Below the pieces are notes generated by a model. The model was not told the origin of the DNA, did not search any database, and saw nothing but the letters and a program-made list of their open reading frames with translations. DNA of 64,000 nt from an uncultured bacterium (lineage in GTDB: Bacteria > Actinomycetota > Acidimicrobiia > Spongiisociales > UBA5794): positions 192,001-256,000 of the forward strand of contig CAWDDT010000009.1 of assembly GCA_963801165.1 (NCBI GenBank). The letters run 5' to 3'. Positions 25,738 through 34,878 of this stretch are shown here, in pieces. Each line of letters opens with the position of its first letter. The stretch's first letter is position 1. A program made the translations under genes and the position numbers.

Positions 25738-26848
25738 GCCGCGCGACACCGTCCTGTTCGTCTCGCTGCCGCAGGCGATCGGCGGCAGCAACCGCAGTCT
25801 GGTCACGCTGCTCGAGACGATCGAGGGCAAGGTCCGGCGGGTGCTTGCCTCGCCTCGCCCCGGGGCATTTGCCGACTTAGCGGCCGAGCGGAATGCGTTC
25901 GACGAATGGTTCGACCTCGCCAAAAAGGGTCGGCTCGGTCGGGTGCGCCGGCTGTGGGATGGGCTCCAGCTCGCGGTCTGGGCATTCCGCAACCGGGCGC
26001 GGCTGGCGGCGATACATGCGAACGCTATCACCGGTCTCAACGCGGTGGCCCTCGCCGCAATCGTGTCCCGGCGCCCGGTGGTCGCTTGGATTCACGACCC
26101 GGTCTCGACCCCGTGGAGCCGTAGGCTCGGGCCGTGGGTGCGCAGGCTGATTGCCGACCTTCGCATAACCGCGGTGTCCCCAACCGCTGAGGCGGTGGCG
26201 GTCGAAAGCGGTCTATGCGACCGCGGTACCGCGATCATCGTCCCCAATCCGCTCGACCCCAAGGACGTCGTCTTCACGAAACCGGAATATCACGAGGGTG
26301 TGACCATCGCCGTGCTGGGGGGCTCCACGAACCGCAAAGGCTTCGACCTGATTCCCGCGGTCGTCCGTGAGGTCGACGATCTGGCAGTGCAGTGGCGGCT
26401 GTACATCAAGCACGCCCCGACGCCCGAGAACGAGGATGTCTGGGCGCAGCTCGACGCCATGGGTTCCGTCTCGGTACCCGGGCGGATCTCCGATGTACGT
26501 CAAGCCTACGCAGGCGCCGATATCGTCTTTGTTCCTTCGCGGGAGGAGTCGTTCTGCCGGATCGCGGCGGAGGCTATGACCAACGGCGTCCCGGTGGTGG
26601 CCAGCGATATCCCTCCGCTGCGTTATCTGCTGGGCGACGGTGCGGGGCTGTTGTTTCCGGTTGCCGACGTCAAAGCTGCTGCTGCGGCGCTACGTGTGTT
26701 CGTCACCGATGCAGACGTCAGGCGCCACGCCGGCGCCATCGGCGTCGAGCGCGCCGCCAATTTCCAGCCGGACGGAGTGGCCGCCCAGATGCTCGAGCTA
26801 TATCGGTTGCCCCGGCGATCAAGACGCACCGGGGAAGTGACCACCTGA
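25727..26848 (+). CDS. Glycosyltransferase family 4
   Basis: GGSNRS, HAN, RKGFD and EESFCRIAAEA motifs; GTG start overlaps the end of the permease. Confidence 0.88.
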   Translation: MGTEPRDTVLFVSLPQAIGGSNRSLVTLLETIEGKVRRVLASPRPGAFADLAAERNAFDEWFDLAKKGRLGRVRRLWDGLQLAVWAFRNRARLAAIHANAITGLNAVALAAIVSRRPVVAWIHDPVSTPWSRRLGPWVRRLIADLRITAVSPTAEAVAVESGLCDRGTAIIVPNPLDPKDVVFTKPEYHEGVTIAVLGGSTNRKGFDLIPAVVREVDDLAVQWRLYIKHAPTPENEDVWAQLDAMGSVSVPGRISDVRQAYAGADIVFVPSREESFCRIAAEAMTNGVPVVASDIPPLRYLLGDGAGLLFPVADVKAAAAALRVFVTDADVRRHAGAIGVERAANFQPDGVAAQMLELYRLPRRSRRTGEVTT

Positions 26849-26886
26849 GCCGCGCACTGCTTCGAGCCCCGTTCAGGGTATCCCGG

Positions 26887-27495
26887 CTACTCGCTCAAGC
26901 TGAACGGCGGATACACGTCCGTGATGCTGAGTATCCAGGCCTGAGCCCGCGTTGACCACCTGATGGCGCCGACGGTGAAATCGAAGATACCCCGCGGGTA
27001 CTCCCCGGTGAAAGCGATGATCCAAAAGGCGATCCAAGCGGCGATCCCGGCGACGATCTGCACGAAATAGAGCAGGAACAGGTGGGGTATGAGCAGAAGA
27101 GCCTTGAGGAAGAACACGACGCCTGTCCACGCCAGACCCCTGCTCCGCACCAGCGTCGGTTCAGTCACTACCACCTTCGCCTGATACTCCGGCTGCTGCA
27201 TTGCGAAGGCAGGGTATTCGTCACGCCACGACGCCATCCAGGCGGTGGTGCGCGTTGTCCATCCGAGGTAGTTGTGCACGTACCGGGCGATCCCCTCCGG
27301 GAGGTTGCCGGTGAGGGCGATTGCCCAGTACCCGAACCAGGTGGCAAAGAACGCACCGATCCCGACGAAGTAGAGGATGAAGAAGTGGGGGATCGCCAGC
27401 AGCGCCTTTATCGGAAACAGGATGCCGCATACAGCCAGACCCCTGCTACGTTGCCCGTCCCCATAGTCCACTTCCACGTTTACCGGATACGCCAT
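26887..27495 (-). CDS. DUF4389-type membrane protein (internal duplication)
   Basis: Two repeats of SRGLA...KALL.IPH...W..I..TG..P.GI...R...W....D.YP.F. Confidence 0.75.
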   Translation of the reverse strand: MAYPVNVEVDYGDGQRSRGLAVCGILFPIKALLAIPHFFILYFVGIGAFFATWFGYWAIALTGNLPEGIARYVHNYLGWTTRTTAWMASWRDEYPAFAMQQPEYQAKVVVTEPTLVRSRGLAWTGVVFFLKALLLIPHLFLLYFVQIVAGIAAWIAFWIIAFTGEYPRGIFDFTVGAIRWSTRAQAWILSITDVYPPFSLSE

Positions 27496-27549
27496 AACAA
27501 TTCCCCAATCGTCGGTTGACCAGACGATACCGGACGTGGGCCTCCGGCA

Positions 27550-28203
27550 CTACCCGAACCGGTAGCCGACGCTGCGGACGGTGGTTATCCACGAGGCCCG
27601 TTCCTCGCCCAGCTTGGCCCGGAGCCGGCGGATGTGGACGTCGACGGTCCGGGAGCCGCCGAAGTAGTCATAGCCCCAGACCCGGTTGAGGATCTGATCA
27701 CGGCTCCATACCCGGGCGGGGTTCTCCACCAGGAAGCGCAACAACTCGTACTCCATGAAGGTCAGGTCACGGAAATCGCCGCCGACGGTGGCCTGGTAGG
27801 TAGCGGTGTTGAGCTCGAGATCGCGGAACCGGATGATCTCCTCCTCGGTTATCGACGTATTGACAGCATGTAGCCGCCCCAGCCTCACCCTGAGCTCGGT
27901 GCGGTCAACCGGCGAGAGGATGAAGTCGGTGAACCCGGTCTCCCCGGCGATGTCGGCCGTCATGGTTCTGTCGATCAGCAGCAAGACGGGTAGCCCGTAC
28001 TCGTCTGTGATCTTGGTGGCCATCGCCAGCGATCGGCCCAGATCCGAAGTGACCTCCACGACCGCAGCCGTCCAGCCACCTTTGGGGATGCGATCCTCGA
28101 TGTCTGAGATGGTTTCGATCGGCACCGGCTGGTACCCAGCGTCCAGCAAGCCGGCAATCAGCGGCTGGGTGGGCGACGCCGGGTAGACCGCGAGGAACAT
28201 CAC
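27550..28203 (-). CDS. glnR: Orphan OmpR-family nitrogen regulator GlnR
   Basis: Winged helix DLTFMEYELLRFL...VWGYDYFGGSRTVDVHIRRLRAKLG...TVRSVGYRF matches actinobacterial GlnR; atypical receiver domain; adjacent to two glutamine synthetases. Confidence 0.8.
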   Translation of the reverse strand: MMFLAVYPASPTQPLIAGLLDAGYQPVPIETISDIEDRIPKGGWTAAVVEVTSDLGRSLAMATKITDEYGLPVLLLIDRTMTADIAGETGFTDFILSPVDRTELRVRLGRLHAVNTSITEEEIIRFRDLELNTATYQATVGGDFRDLTFMEYELLRFLVENPARVWSRDQILNRVWGYDYFGGSRTVDVHIRRLRAKLGEERASWITTVRSVGYRFG

Positions 28204-29483
28204 AACACCGGAAGGTACTGCTCTAATTCGAACCGTGAGACATGGTGCTCATAACGTTGCCACTCCAGTCTCTTGTTGCGCAAGAACCAATCGAAGACAT
28301 GCGTGCCGAGTGCGTCCTTGACCAGCGACGACGACTCCATGGCATCGAGAGCCTCTGCCAGGCTGGTCGGCAACCGTTCCGCATGGGTGTCGTCCCGGAG
28401 CTTGTAGCCCTTCTCGATTCCCTCGAGCCCTGCCGCCAGGATCACCGACAGTGCTAGATACGGGTTGCACGCCGGGTCGGGTGCCCGGTACTCGATGCGG
28501 GTTGCGCCGGGTCGGTCGGTTCCGGTGCTCGGCACCCGGACCACGGCGGCCTGGTTGGTGCGGTCCCAGGTCGACAGCACCGGGGCGTCGAATCCGCTGA
28601 CAAGCCGTTTGTACGAGTTGACCCACTGGTTGGTGACTGCGGTGATCTCCCGGCCGTGGCGGATCAGCCCCGCTATGAACGCTCGCGCCACATCCGACAG
28701 ATTATCGGCCCGACCGGCGTCGTAGAAGGCGTTGTCGTCGCCCTGGAACAGGGACAGGTGGAGATGCAACCCGGAGCCGTCGTGACCCTCGAGTGGCTTG
28801 GGCATGAACGTCGCGTAGATGCCGTGCTCCATGGCCACCTCTTTGATGGCGAGCCGGGTGGTGACCAGATTGTCGGCCATCGTCAGGGCGTCGGTATGCC
28901 GCAGGTCGATCTCGTGCTGGCTCGGCGAGACCTCGTGGTGTGACGACTCGACCGGGATGCCGAGCCGCTCGAGCGCCATGATGGTGCTACGTCGGTATTC
29001 CTGGGCGACATCGAGGGGGGTGAGGTCGAAGTACCCGCCCCGGTCGAGGATCTTTGGCTCGGTCCCGCTGTCGGCGAAGTAGAAGTACTCGACCTCGGGC
29101 CCGACATAGAACGTGAAGCCGTGGTTGCGGGCTCGATTGAGGTTACGGCGCAGAACCAGGCGCGGGTCACCCGAGAACGGCTTGCCGTCGGGACGCACGA
29201 TGTCGCAGAACATCCGTGCCGCCCCGACGTTGCCGTGGCGCCACGGAAGGATCTGAAACGTGGTCGGATCGGGTTTGGCGAGCATGTCGGATTCCTGGTC
29301 ACGGGAGAACCCGTCGATGGAGGATCCGTCGAACCGCATGCCGTGGGCAAACGCCGTTTCGAGCTCGGCCGGGGTTATCGCAAAGGACTTGAGCAGTCCG
29401 AGGACATCTGTGAACCACAGCCTGATGAAGCGCACGCCGCGCTCCTCGACGGTTCTCAGTACGTAATCCTCTTGCCTGGCCAT
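28200..29483 (-). CDS. glnA2: Glutamine synthetase type I-alpha family, actinobacterial GlnA2-like
   Basis: MARQEDYVLRTVEERGVRFIRLWFTDVLG start after a GGAGG RBS; FDGSSI, HHEV.PSQHEI, TFMPKP, NSYKRL and RIEYRAPD motifs. Confidence 0.8.
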   Translation of the reverse strand: MARQEDYVLRTVEERGVRFIRLWFTDVLGLLKSFAITPAELETAFAHGMRFDGSSIDGFSRDQESDMLAKPDPTTFQILPWRHGNVGAARMFCDIVRPDGKPFSGDPRLVLRRNLNRARNHGFTFYVGPEVEYFYFADSGTEPKILDRGGYFDLTPLDVAQEYRRSTIMALERLGIPVESSHHEVSPSQHEIDLRHTDALTMADNLVTTRLAIKEVAMEHGIYATFMPKPLEGHDGSGLHLHLSLFQGDDNAFYDAGRADNLSDVARAFIAGLIRHGREITAVTNQWVNSYKRLVSGFDAPVLSTWDRTNQAAVVRVPSTGTDRPGATRIEYRAPDPACNPYLALSVILAAGLEGIEKGYKLRDDTHAERLPTSLAEALDAMESSSLVKDALGTHVFDWFLRNKRLEWQRYEHHVSRFELEQYLPVL

Positions 29484-29551
29484 GTTCGGTTCACCTCCAG
29501 GGGGGCGATGGTAAGCCAGATTTCCCGGTATTGACAGTCGAAAGGCCATCC

Positions 29552-29589
29552 GAAACACAGTGTTCACATTCCTGTTACTCGAAGGAAAC
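29552..29589 (+). promoter_or_regulatory. Four phased GlnR-box half-sites in the glnA2/glnII divergent intergenic region
   Basis: GAAAC-n6-TTCAC-n6-GTTAC-n6-GAAAC; AC recurs every 11 bp, matching the gTnAc-n6-GaAAc / AC-n9-AC consensus. Confidence 0.8.
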
Positions 29590-29657
29590 CATCAATTGGG
29601 ATACTTGTCTCCGAGCACCGGTCCCCCGGTGCGTTGTCATGACCAAGGAGCTCAGGA

Positions 29658-30665
29658 ATGGTTTACAGAGCCGAGTACATCTGGATCGACGGTCAGCAGC
29701 CGACCGCAAAGCTGCGATCGAAGACCAAGGTCATCGCCGATGGGGAAGAGCCACCGATCTGGGGATTTGACGGCTCGAGCACCGAGCAGGCGGTCGGCAG
29801 CTCGTCCGACTGTGTGCTGCGGCCGGTGCGTGTTGTCCCCGATCCAATCCGCGGCGGCGACAACAAGCTCGTGATGACCGAGGTGCTCAACACCGACATG
29901 ACTCCGCACGAGACCAACACTCGTGCCAGGTGTTCCGAGGTCGCCGAGAAGTACGCTTCTTTCGAGCCGTGGTTCGGTATCGAGCAGGAGTACACATTCT
30001 TCAAGGACGGGCGTCCCCACGGGTGGCCGGCCGGTGGCTACCCGGCCCCGCAGGGCGGCTACTACTGCGGTGTCGGCGCAGACGAGATCTGGGGCCGCGA
30101 CGTCGTCGAGGCGCACACCGACGCCTGTATCGCCGCGGGTATCACCATCTCCGGTACCAACGCTGAAGTCATGATCGGGCAGTGGGAGTTCCAGATCGGC
30201 CCGGGTGATGCCCTGCAAGTATCGGATGAGCTGTGGCTTGCCCGCTGGTTGCTGTACCGGATCGCCGAGGACTTCGACATCTCGGCGCACCTCATGCCAA
30301 AGCCGGTGGCGGGTGACTGGAACGGAGCCGGTGCTCACACCAACTTCTCCACCAAGCAGATGCGAGAGAGCTACGACCCGATCATCGCCGCTTGCGAAGC
30401 TCTGGGGAAGAAGGCGGACTACCACATCAAGCAATATGGAGCAGGCATCGAGACGCGGCTCACCGGTCTTCACGAGACCGCTCCATGGACCGAGTACAAC
30501 TACGGGGTCTCCGATCGAGGTGCTTCGGTACGTATCCCATGGCAGGTCGCCCGCGACGGCAAGGGCTACATCGAGGACCGCCGTCCCAACGCCAACATGG
30601 ATCCGTACATCGTCACGGCCCTGGTCACCGAGACGGTGTGCAGCGACGCTGTATCGAGCGGCTGA
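29658..30665 (+). CDS. glnII: Glutamine synthetase type II
   Basis: AEYIWIDG, LRSKTK, WGFDGSST, GIEQEY, NAEVMIGQWEFQ, WNGAGAHTNFST, RLTGLHETA and EDRRP motifs; 335 aa. Confidence 0.95.
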   Translation: MVYRAEYIWIDGQQPTAKLRSKTKVIADGEEPPIWGFDGSSTEQAVGSSSDCVLRPVRVVPDPIRGGDNKLVMTEVLNTDMTPHETNTRARCSEVAEKYASFEPWFGIEQEYTFFKDGRPHGWPAGGYPAPQGGYYCGVGADEIWGRDVVEAHTDACIAAGITISGTNAEVMIGQWEFQIGPGDALQVSDELWLARWLLYRIAEDFDISAHLMPKPVAGDWNGAGAHTNFSTKQMRESYDPIIAACEALGKKADYHIKQYGAGIETRLTGLHETAPWTEYNYGVSDRGASVRIPWQVARDGKGYIEDRRPNANMDPYIVTALVTETVCSDAVSSG

Positions 30666-30711
30666 GCCGTGCCGTAGCCGATCGCGCCGGGTCCTCATCC
30701 GGTGGATGGGA

Positions 30712-30742
30712 GAAGGGTGAAACCATTACGGTTTCACCCTTC
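30712..30742. terminator. Stem-loop between convergent genes
   Basis: gaagggtgaaacc-attac-ggtttcacccttc, a perfect 13-bp stem. Confidence 0.7.
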
Positions 30743-30808
30743 CTCGCGTTCGCGTGGATACCCGGGTCCGACAACCCGCAACAGTGGATTGAGCCGTCCG
30801 CGCGGGTT

Positions 30809-31441
30809 CTACCCGCCCGAGTCTGCGGGTGCCGTGGCCGCCTGCTTGGCGGCATCGATCTCCTGGGCGAACGTTGCCGTTGCGGTCTTGAAGTCCTCGA
30901 GCGAGCTGAGCCTCTTGTCCGGGCCCGGGGTGTTGGTCAAACCATCGAACATGGCATCTGCAGCAGCTTTCATAGCGGCGGCCGCAGTCATGACATCGGC
31001 CCACTTGTCTTCTGCCCCGGTTGGTACGTTCACGGCCACGACGCTGTCGTCGAAGTCGCTCGCGTCGGTGCGCAGGCTGCTCAGACCGTCCCGAGCGGCC
31101 TGGTAGTCATTGCTGGTGTCGTAGTCGTCGTTGACGGTCTGGGCACGATCGCTCAACTCCGTTGCCTGGCCGGCAAGGGCTTCGGCGGTTGTGACGAACG
31201 TGACTATTTCGGGCGCCAGCGTCGTGGTAGTTGTGGTTTCCTCTTCGGGGGCCGTCGTTGTGGTTCGGCCACCGGCTGCGCTGGTGGTCGGCGTTGGTGT
31301 CTCGGCAGGCGGGAGGTTGTTCACAAAGGTGTATGTGAACGCCACAAGTGCCAGGACAACCAGTGGCAGAATCCAGCGGCCGTGTTTTGGGTCTTCCTTG
31401 CTCACCGGCGCAAAGATAGTCCTTCCCGGCATCTGTGCCAT
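30809..31441 (-). CDS. Hypothetical membrane-anchored protein with Thr-rich linker and helical domain
   Basis: Single N-terminal TM (WILPLVVLALVAF), Thr-rich stretch, Ala-rich helical C-terminus; start may be GTG 31405. Confidence 0.7.
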   Translation of the reverse strand: MAQMPGRTIFAPVSKEDPKHGRWILPLVVLALVAFTYTFVNNLPPAETPTPTTSAAGGRTTTTAPEEETTTTTTLAPEIVTFVTTAEALAGQATELSDRAQTVNDDYDTSNDYQAARDGLSSLRTDASDFDDSVVAVNVPTGAEDKWADVMTAAAAMKAAADAMFDGLTNTPGPDKRLSSLEDFKTATATFAQEIDAAKQAATAPADSGG

Positions 31442-31472
31442 TTCATGTCGGTTGTGGCGTTACTCTGCGGCC

Positions 31473-32204
31473 ATGGAACTCGAGGGACGTGTTGCACTCG
31501 TGACCGGCGCCGGACGCCGGGTGGGCAGGGCATTGGCGCTCGGCCTGGCCCGTGCCGGTGCGGACGTCTTCGTGCACTACAACGTCTCCGCGGAGCCGGC
31601 CCGAGCCGTTGCGGCCGAGATCGAGGCGATGGGCCGCCGGGCAGCGGTGGGGTCGGTCGATCTGGCTGATCCGGGCCAGACGGCCCGTCTGGTCTCCATG
31701 GCGGCGGAGGCGTTGGGCGAGGTTTCGATCCTGGTCAACTCGGCCTCACTGTTTGCCACGGACACCCTGGACGACGTGACGGTCGAGGGATGGCGGCGTA
31801 GCCAGGATCTGACGTTGGCCGCTCCTGTGTTTCTCACCCAGGCGTTTGCCGCGGCATTGGATGACAAGACGGGAGGTGCGGTACTCAACATCACCGATGT
31901 GCGTACCGCGTATCCATACCGGAAGCACTTCTCCTACGTGGTCGCCAAGGGGGGCCTCGACACGTTCACCAGGGCGGCGGCTTTGGCGCTCGCGCCGATG
32001 ATCCGGGTGAACGCGGTGGCCCTGGGGGTGATCCTCCCCCCGCCCGGAGAGGACGACGGGTACGTGCAGGCTCTCGCCGAGACGTTGCCGCTGCGCCGGG
32101 TGGGAGGCACCGACCCCGTTGTCGCGGCGGGACTCAGCTTGATCCGCAACGACTTCGTCACCGGCGAGATAGTCCGTGTGGACGGCGGTGGTCATCTGGT
32201 CTAG
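31473..32204 (+). CDS. SDR oxidoreductase, pteridine reductase/FolM-like
   Basis: TGAGRRVG, HYN.S, NSAS.F, catalytic YVVAK, and VTGE.VRVDGG. Confidence 0.85.
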   Translation: MELEGRVALVTGAGRRVGRALALGLARAGADVFVHYNVSAEPARAVAAEIEAMGRRAAVGSVDLADPGQTARLVSMAAEALGEVSILVNSASLFATDTLDDVTVEGWRRSQDLTLAAPVFLTQAFAAALDDKTGGAVLNITDVRTAYPYRKHFSYVVAKGGLDTFTRAAALALAPMIRVNAVALGVILPPPGEDDGYVQALAETLPLRRVGGTDPVVAAGLSLIRNDFVTGEIVRVDGGGHLV

Positions 32205-32205
32205 G

Positions 32206-32232
32206 CGTCACCTCTCCTCCGGAGAGGTGACG
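32206..32232. terminator. Stem-loop between convergent genes
   Basis: cgtcacctctcc-tcc-ggagaggtgacg, a perfect 12-bp stem just after the SDR stop. Confidence 0.7.
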
Positions 32233-32287
32233 TTCGAGTTCTGCTGTGCAGAGCTCAGCGGGGCTGCGTGAGGTCGACGTTTGAAAT

Positions 32288-33532
32288 TCAGGCATCCAGC
32301 ATTCGTATGAAGAGGCCGCTGGTGATCTTGGGGAGGAACCAGGTGGATTTCGGGGGCATCACCAGACCACGGTCGGCGATTGCCGCCACCTGATCGATGG
32401 TCGTGGGATGGACCAGGAAGAAGACGCTCGGTTGTTCGCCGGCGACTATGTACTCGAGGGGGACCGTGCCCGGTACGTATTCGAGACGCTCGCTGGTGCG
32501 GGGATCGCTTATGCCGAGGATGGGCCCGAGGATCAGGTTGTTCAGGATGACGACGTCGAGCGCGGAGTACGGGTCGCCGCCGTCCAACATCTCGTCGGGG
32601 ACCGTGAGCCGGTACCACTTGGTTCCGACCCGCATGCCGAAGACACCGGGCCGGTCGGGGCGAGCCGTCTCGGGATCCTGGCTGTGGATCCGCTCCACGT
32701 TCATCTGCTCGCTCACCTTCTGGACGAACTCGACATCGCTGAGCCCGTCCAGGTCGGAAACGAGTCGGTTGTACTCGACGAGCTTGAGCTGCTGTGAGGG
32801 GTAGATGACTCCCATCATGTAGAAGTAGGGCTCCATGCCGGTCGCGTCGGGATGGTTCGCTGCCGCCTCCCGCGCCAGCGCGGCCCCGGCGGCGGCCCGA
32901 TGATGGCCATCGGTGATATATAGGACATCGATGTGGGACAGACACGCCTCCAGCTCTGCACGCTCGCCCGGCGAGTCGACCTTCCACACGGTCTGTTGGA
33001 CCCCGTCCTGCCCGAAGAAATCGAGCATCGGCTCTGCCGACGCCAGCCGGACGATCAACGCGTTCACCCCGGCCTGTTTGTAGGTCAGACACATCGGGTA
33101 GGAGTTGGCGCGGAGCCGGGTAAGGGCACCGATCAGCTGTTCCTCCGCCCCCGGGTGCGTGTGCTCATGCCGTTTGATCAAGCCGCGGTCGTACGCATCG
33201 GATTCGACTTCTGCGACGATTCCGGTTTGGCTGTGTACCCCGTCTGAAACCCGGTACAGGTAGTAGGCGGGATCGTCGTGGTACTCGTATATGCCGCGCT
33301 CGATCATCATGTCGAGCCGGTTCCTTCCCACAGGTGTGGCCAGGTCGGGTTCGTTTCCCTGGGTGGGGATGATGTCGCGCATCACCAGATCAAAGGAAAA
33401 TGGGTTGGTTGCCTCCAGGTCGCGCCAGTAGCCGGCAGGCACGGAAGGCTTCGGCACCACTGCTACCCGGGGGGCGTAGTCTCGAGTGGGCAGGTAGAGC
33501 CGTACCGGCCTGACCAGGGGCCGCTCGATCAT
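32288..33532 (-). CDS. DUF1015 family protein
   Basis: IKRHEHT, YITDGHHRAAA, YNR and MPPKSTWFLPK motifs; coupled to the serA-like gene. Confidence 0.85.
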   Translation of the reverse strand: MIERPLVRPVRLYLPTRDYAPRVAVVPKPSVPAGYWRDLEATNPFSFDLVMRDIIPTQGNEPDLATPVGRNRLDMMIERGIYEYHDDPAYYLYRVSDGVHSQTGIVAEVESDAYDRGLIKRHEHTHPGAEEQLIGALTRLRANSYPMCLTYKQAGVNALIVRLASAEPMLDFFGQDGVQQTVWKVDSPGERAELEACLSHIDVLYITDGHHRAAAGAALAREAAANHPDATGMEPYFYMMGVIYPSQQLKLVEYNRLVSDLDGLSDVEFVQKVSEQMNVERIHSQDPETARPDRPGVFGMRVGTKWYRLTVPDEMLDGGDPYSALDVVILNNLILGPILGISDPRTSERLEYVPGTVPLEYIVAGEQPSVFFLVHPTTIDQVAAIADRGLVMPPKSTWFLPKITSGLFIRMLDA

Positions 33533-34734
33533 CGTCTGCTGACGGAGACAGCGATTACGTCGTCTACCGCCTCCAGCCTGGCGGCTGTCTCGGTGGAAAC
33601 ACCGCCGGTCACGTGGATGAGCGCCGAAGCGGCCGCCCCGCCGGTTAGCACGAAGTTCTCCATGTGCTCCACGTTGAGACCGGCTTCCCGGAGCGTGGTG
33701 AGAACACCGGCGAGCACACCGACCCGGTTCCGATGCCTGATGGTGATTGTCGCCGCTTCGCTTGCCTCGCCCCCCAGGTTCACGCAGTTGAGCAGTCTGC
33801 CGTGGTCAAATGCGTCGATGGCGTCAACCACGGCGTCGGCAATGGCGGTCTGGGCCTGGTCGGTCGATGCCCCGATGTGGTGGGTTCCGTAGACGGAGGG
33901 ATGCTGCGCCAGCTTGGACTCGAATTGGGCATCGCCCCCGGCGGGCTCGTTGCGATATACATCGAGACCGACCCGGAGGTTCTTCTCCTCGATTGCGTCG
34001 AGCAGTGCGTCCTCATCGACGATGCTCCCGCGCGATGTGTTGACGATGACGGTTCCAGGCCGAACCTGTGCCAGCAGCTCTCGTGACACGAGCCCGTCCG
34101 TCTCATGCCCCGCCGGCACGTGGAAGGTGAGGATGTCGCAAGATCCGGCCAGAGCAGCGAGATCCGCTTCGAACCTGACCTCCATGGCGCGAAGCTCGTG
34201 AACCAGCTCCGGGTTCCGGCCGGGCCGGTCGATCACAGCCAGTTCCATGGCGAACGCGTGCGCCCTTCGTGCCACCTCGAGCCCGATGGCTCCGAGACCG
34301 ACGATACCCAGGGACCGCCCGGCGAGACCGCTGGTTTGCCCGTAGCGCTTCTTGTGCCACTCACCGTTGCGGAGGTCCCGTACCTGGTCGGGAATGTTGC
34401 GGTCGATGGCGAGGATCAGACCGAGAGTGAGCTCGGCGACCGCCACCGAGTTCTTGCCGGGCGTGTTGCAGACAAAAACCCCCTTCGAGGCGGCGTGTTC
34501 GATTTCGATCGTGTTGACTCCCGCCCCGGCGCGGAGCACGAGCCCGAGCCGATCACCGGCATCGATGGTCACAGCAGTGACCTTTGTCGAGCGGACCACC
34601 AGCACCTCGAAGCCGGGTATGACCCCCGGGAGGTCGTCGGCGGTAAGCCCGGGATCGAGCGTCACCTGGTGTCCGAGGTCGCCGAGCCTGGCGAGGTGGG
34701 TCTCAGAGAATTTGTCGGCGATCAAAACCTTCAC
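33529..34734 (-). CDS. serA: D-3-phosphoglycerate dehydrogenase-like 2-hydroxyacid dehydrogenase with ACT domain
   Basis: VRST, RAGAGVN, N..AVAE, GLGAIG, NTSRG and HIGAST motifs; C-terminal HRNRVGVL ACT domain. Confidence 0.7.
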   Translation of the reverse strand: MKVLIADKFSETHLARLGDLGHQVTLDPGLTADDLPGVIPGFEVLVVRSTKVTAVTIDAGDRLGLVLRAGAGVNTIEIEHAASKGVFVCNTPGKNSVAVAELTLGLILAIDRNIPDQVRDLRNGEWHKKRYGQTSGLAGRSLGIVGLGAIGLEVARRAHAFAMELAVIDRPGRNPELVHELRAMEVRFEADLAALAGSCDILTFHVPAGHETDGLVSRELLAQVRPGTVIVNTSRGSIVDEDALLDAIEEKNLRVGLDVYRNEPAGGDAQFESKLAQHPSVYGTHHIGASTDQAQTAIADAVVDAIDAFDHGRLLNCVNLGGEASEAATITIRHRNRVGVLAGVLTTLREAGLNVEHMENFVLTGGAAASALIHVTGGVSTETAARLEAVDDVIAVSVSRR

Positions 34735-34878
34735 AGCAATCCTCCCGATGTCGGGGTGGTGCGCCGGGGTGGCGCGCTCACCATCTTTACACTTTGTTCA
34801 ACAAGTGCCCAGTTGGCTCATCGCGGACGCCGAATCCGTGGCCGCCGGCGGTACTGTTGGTGACGGGCCCGGTTTACA

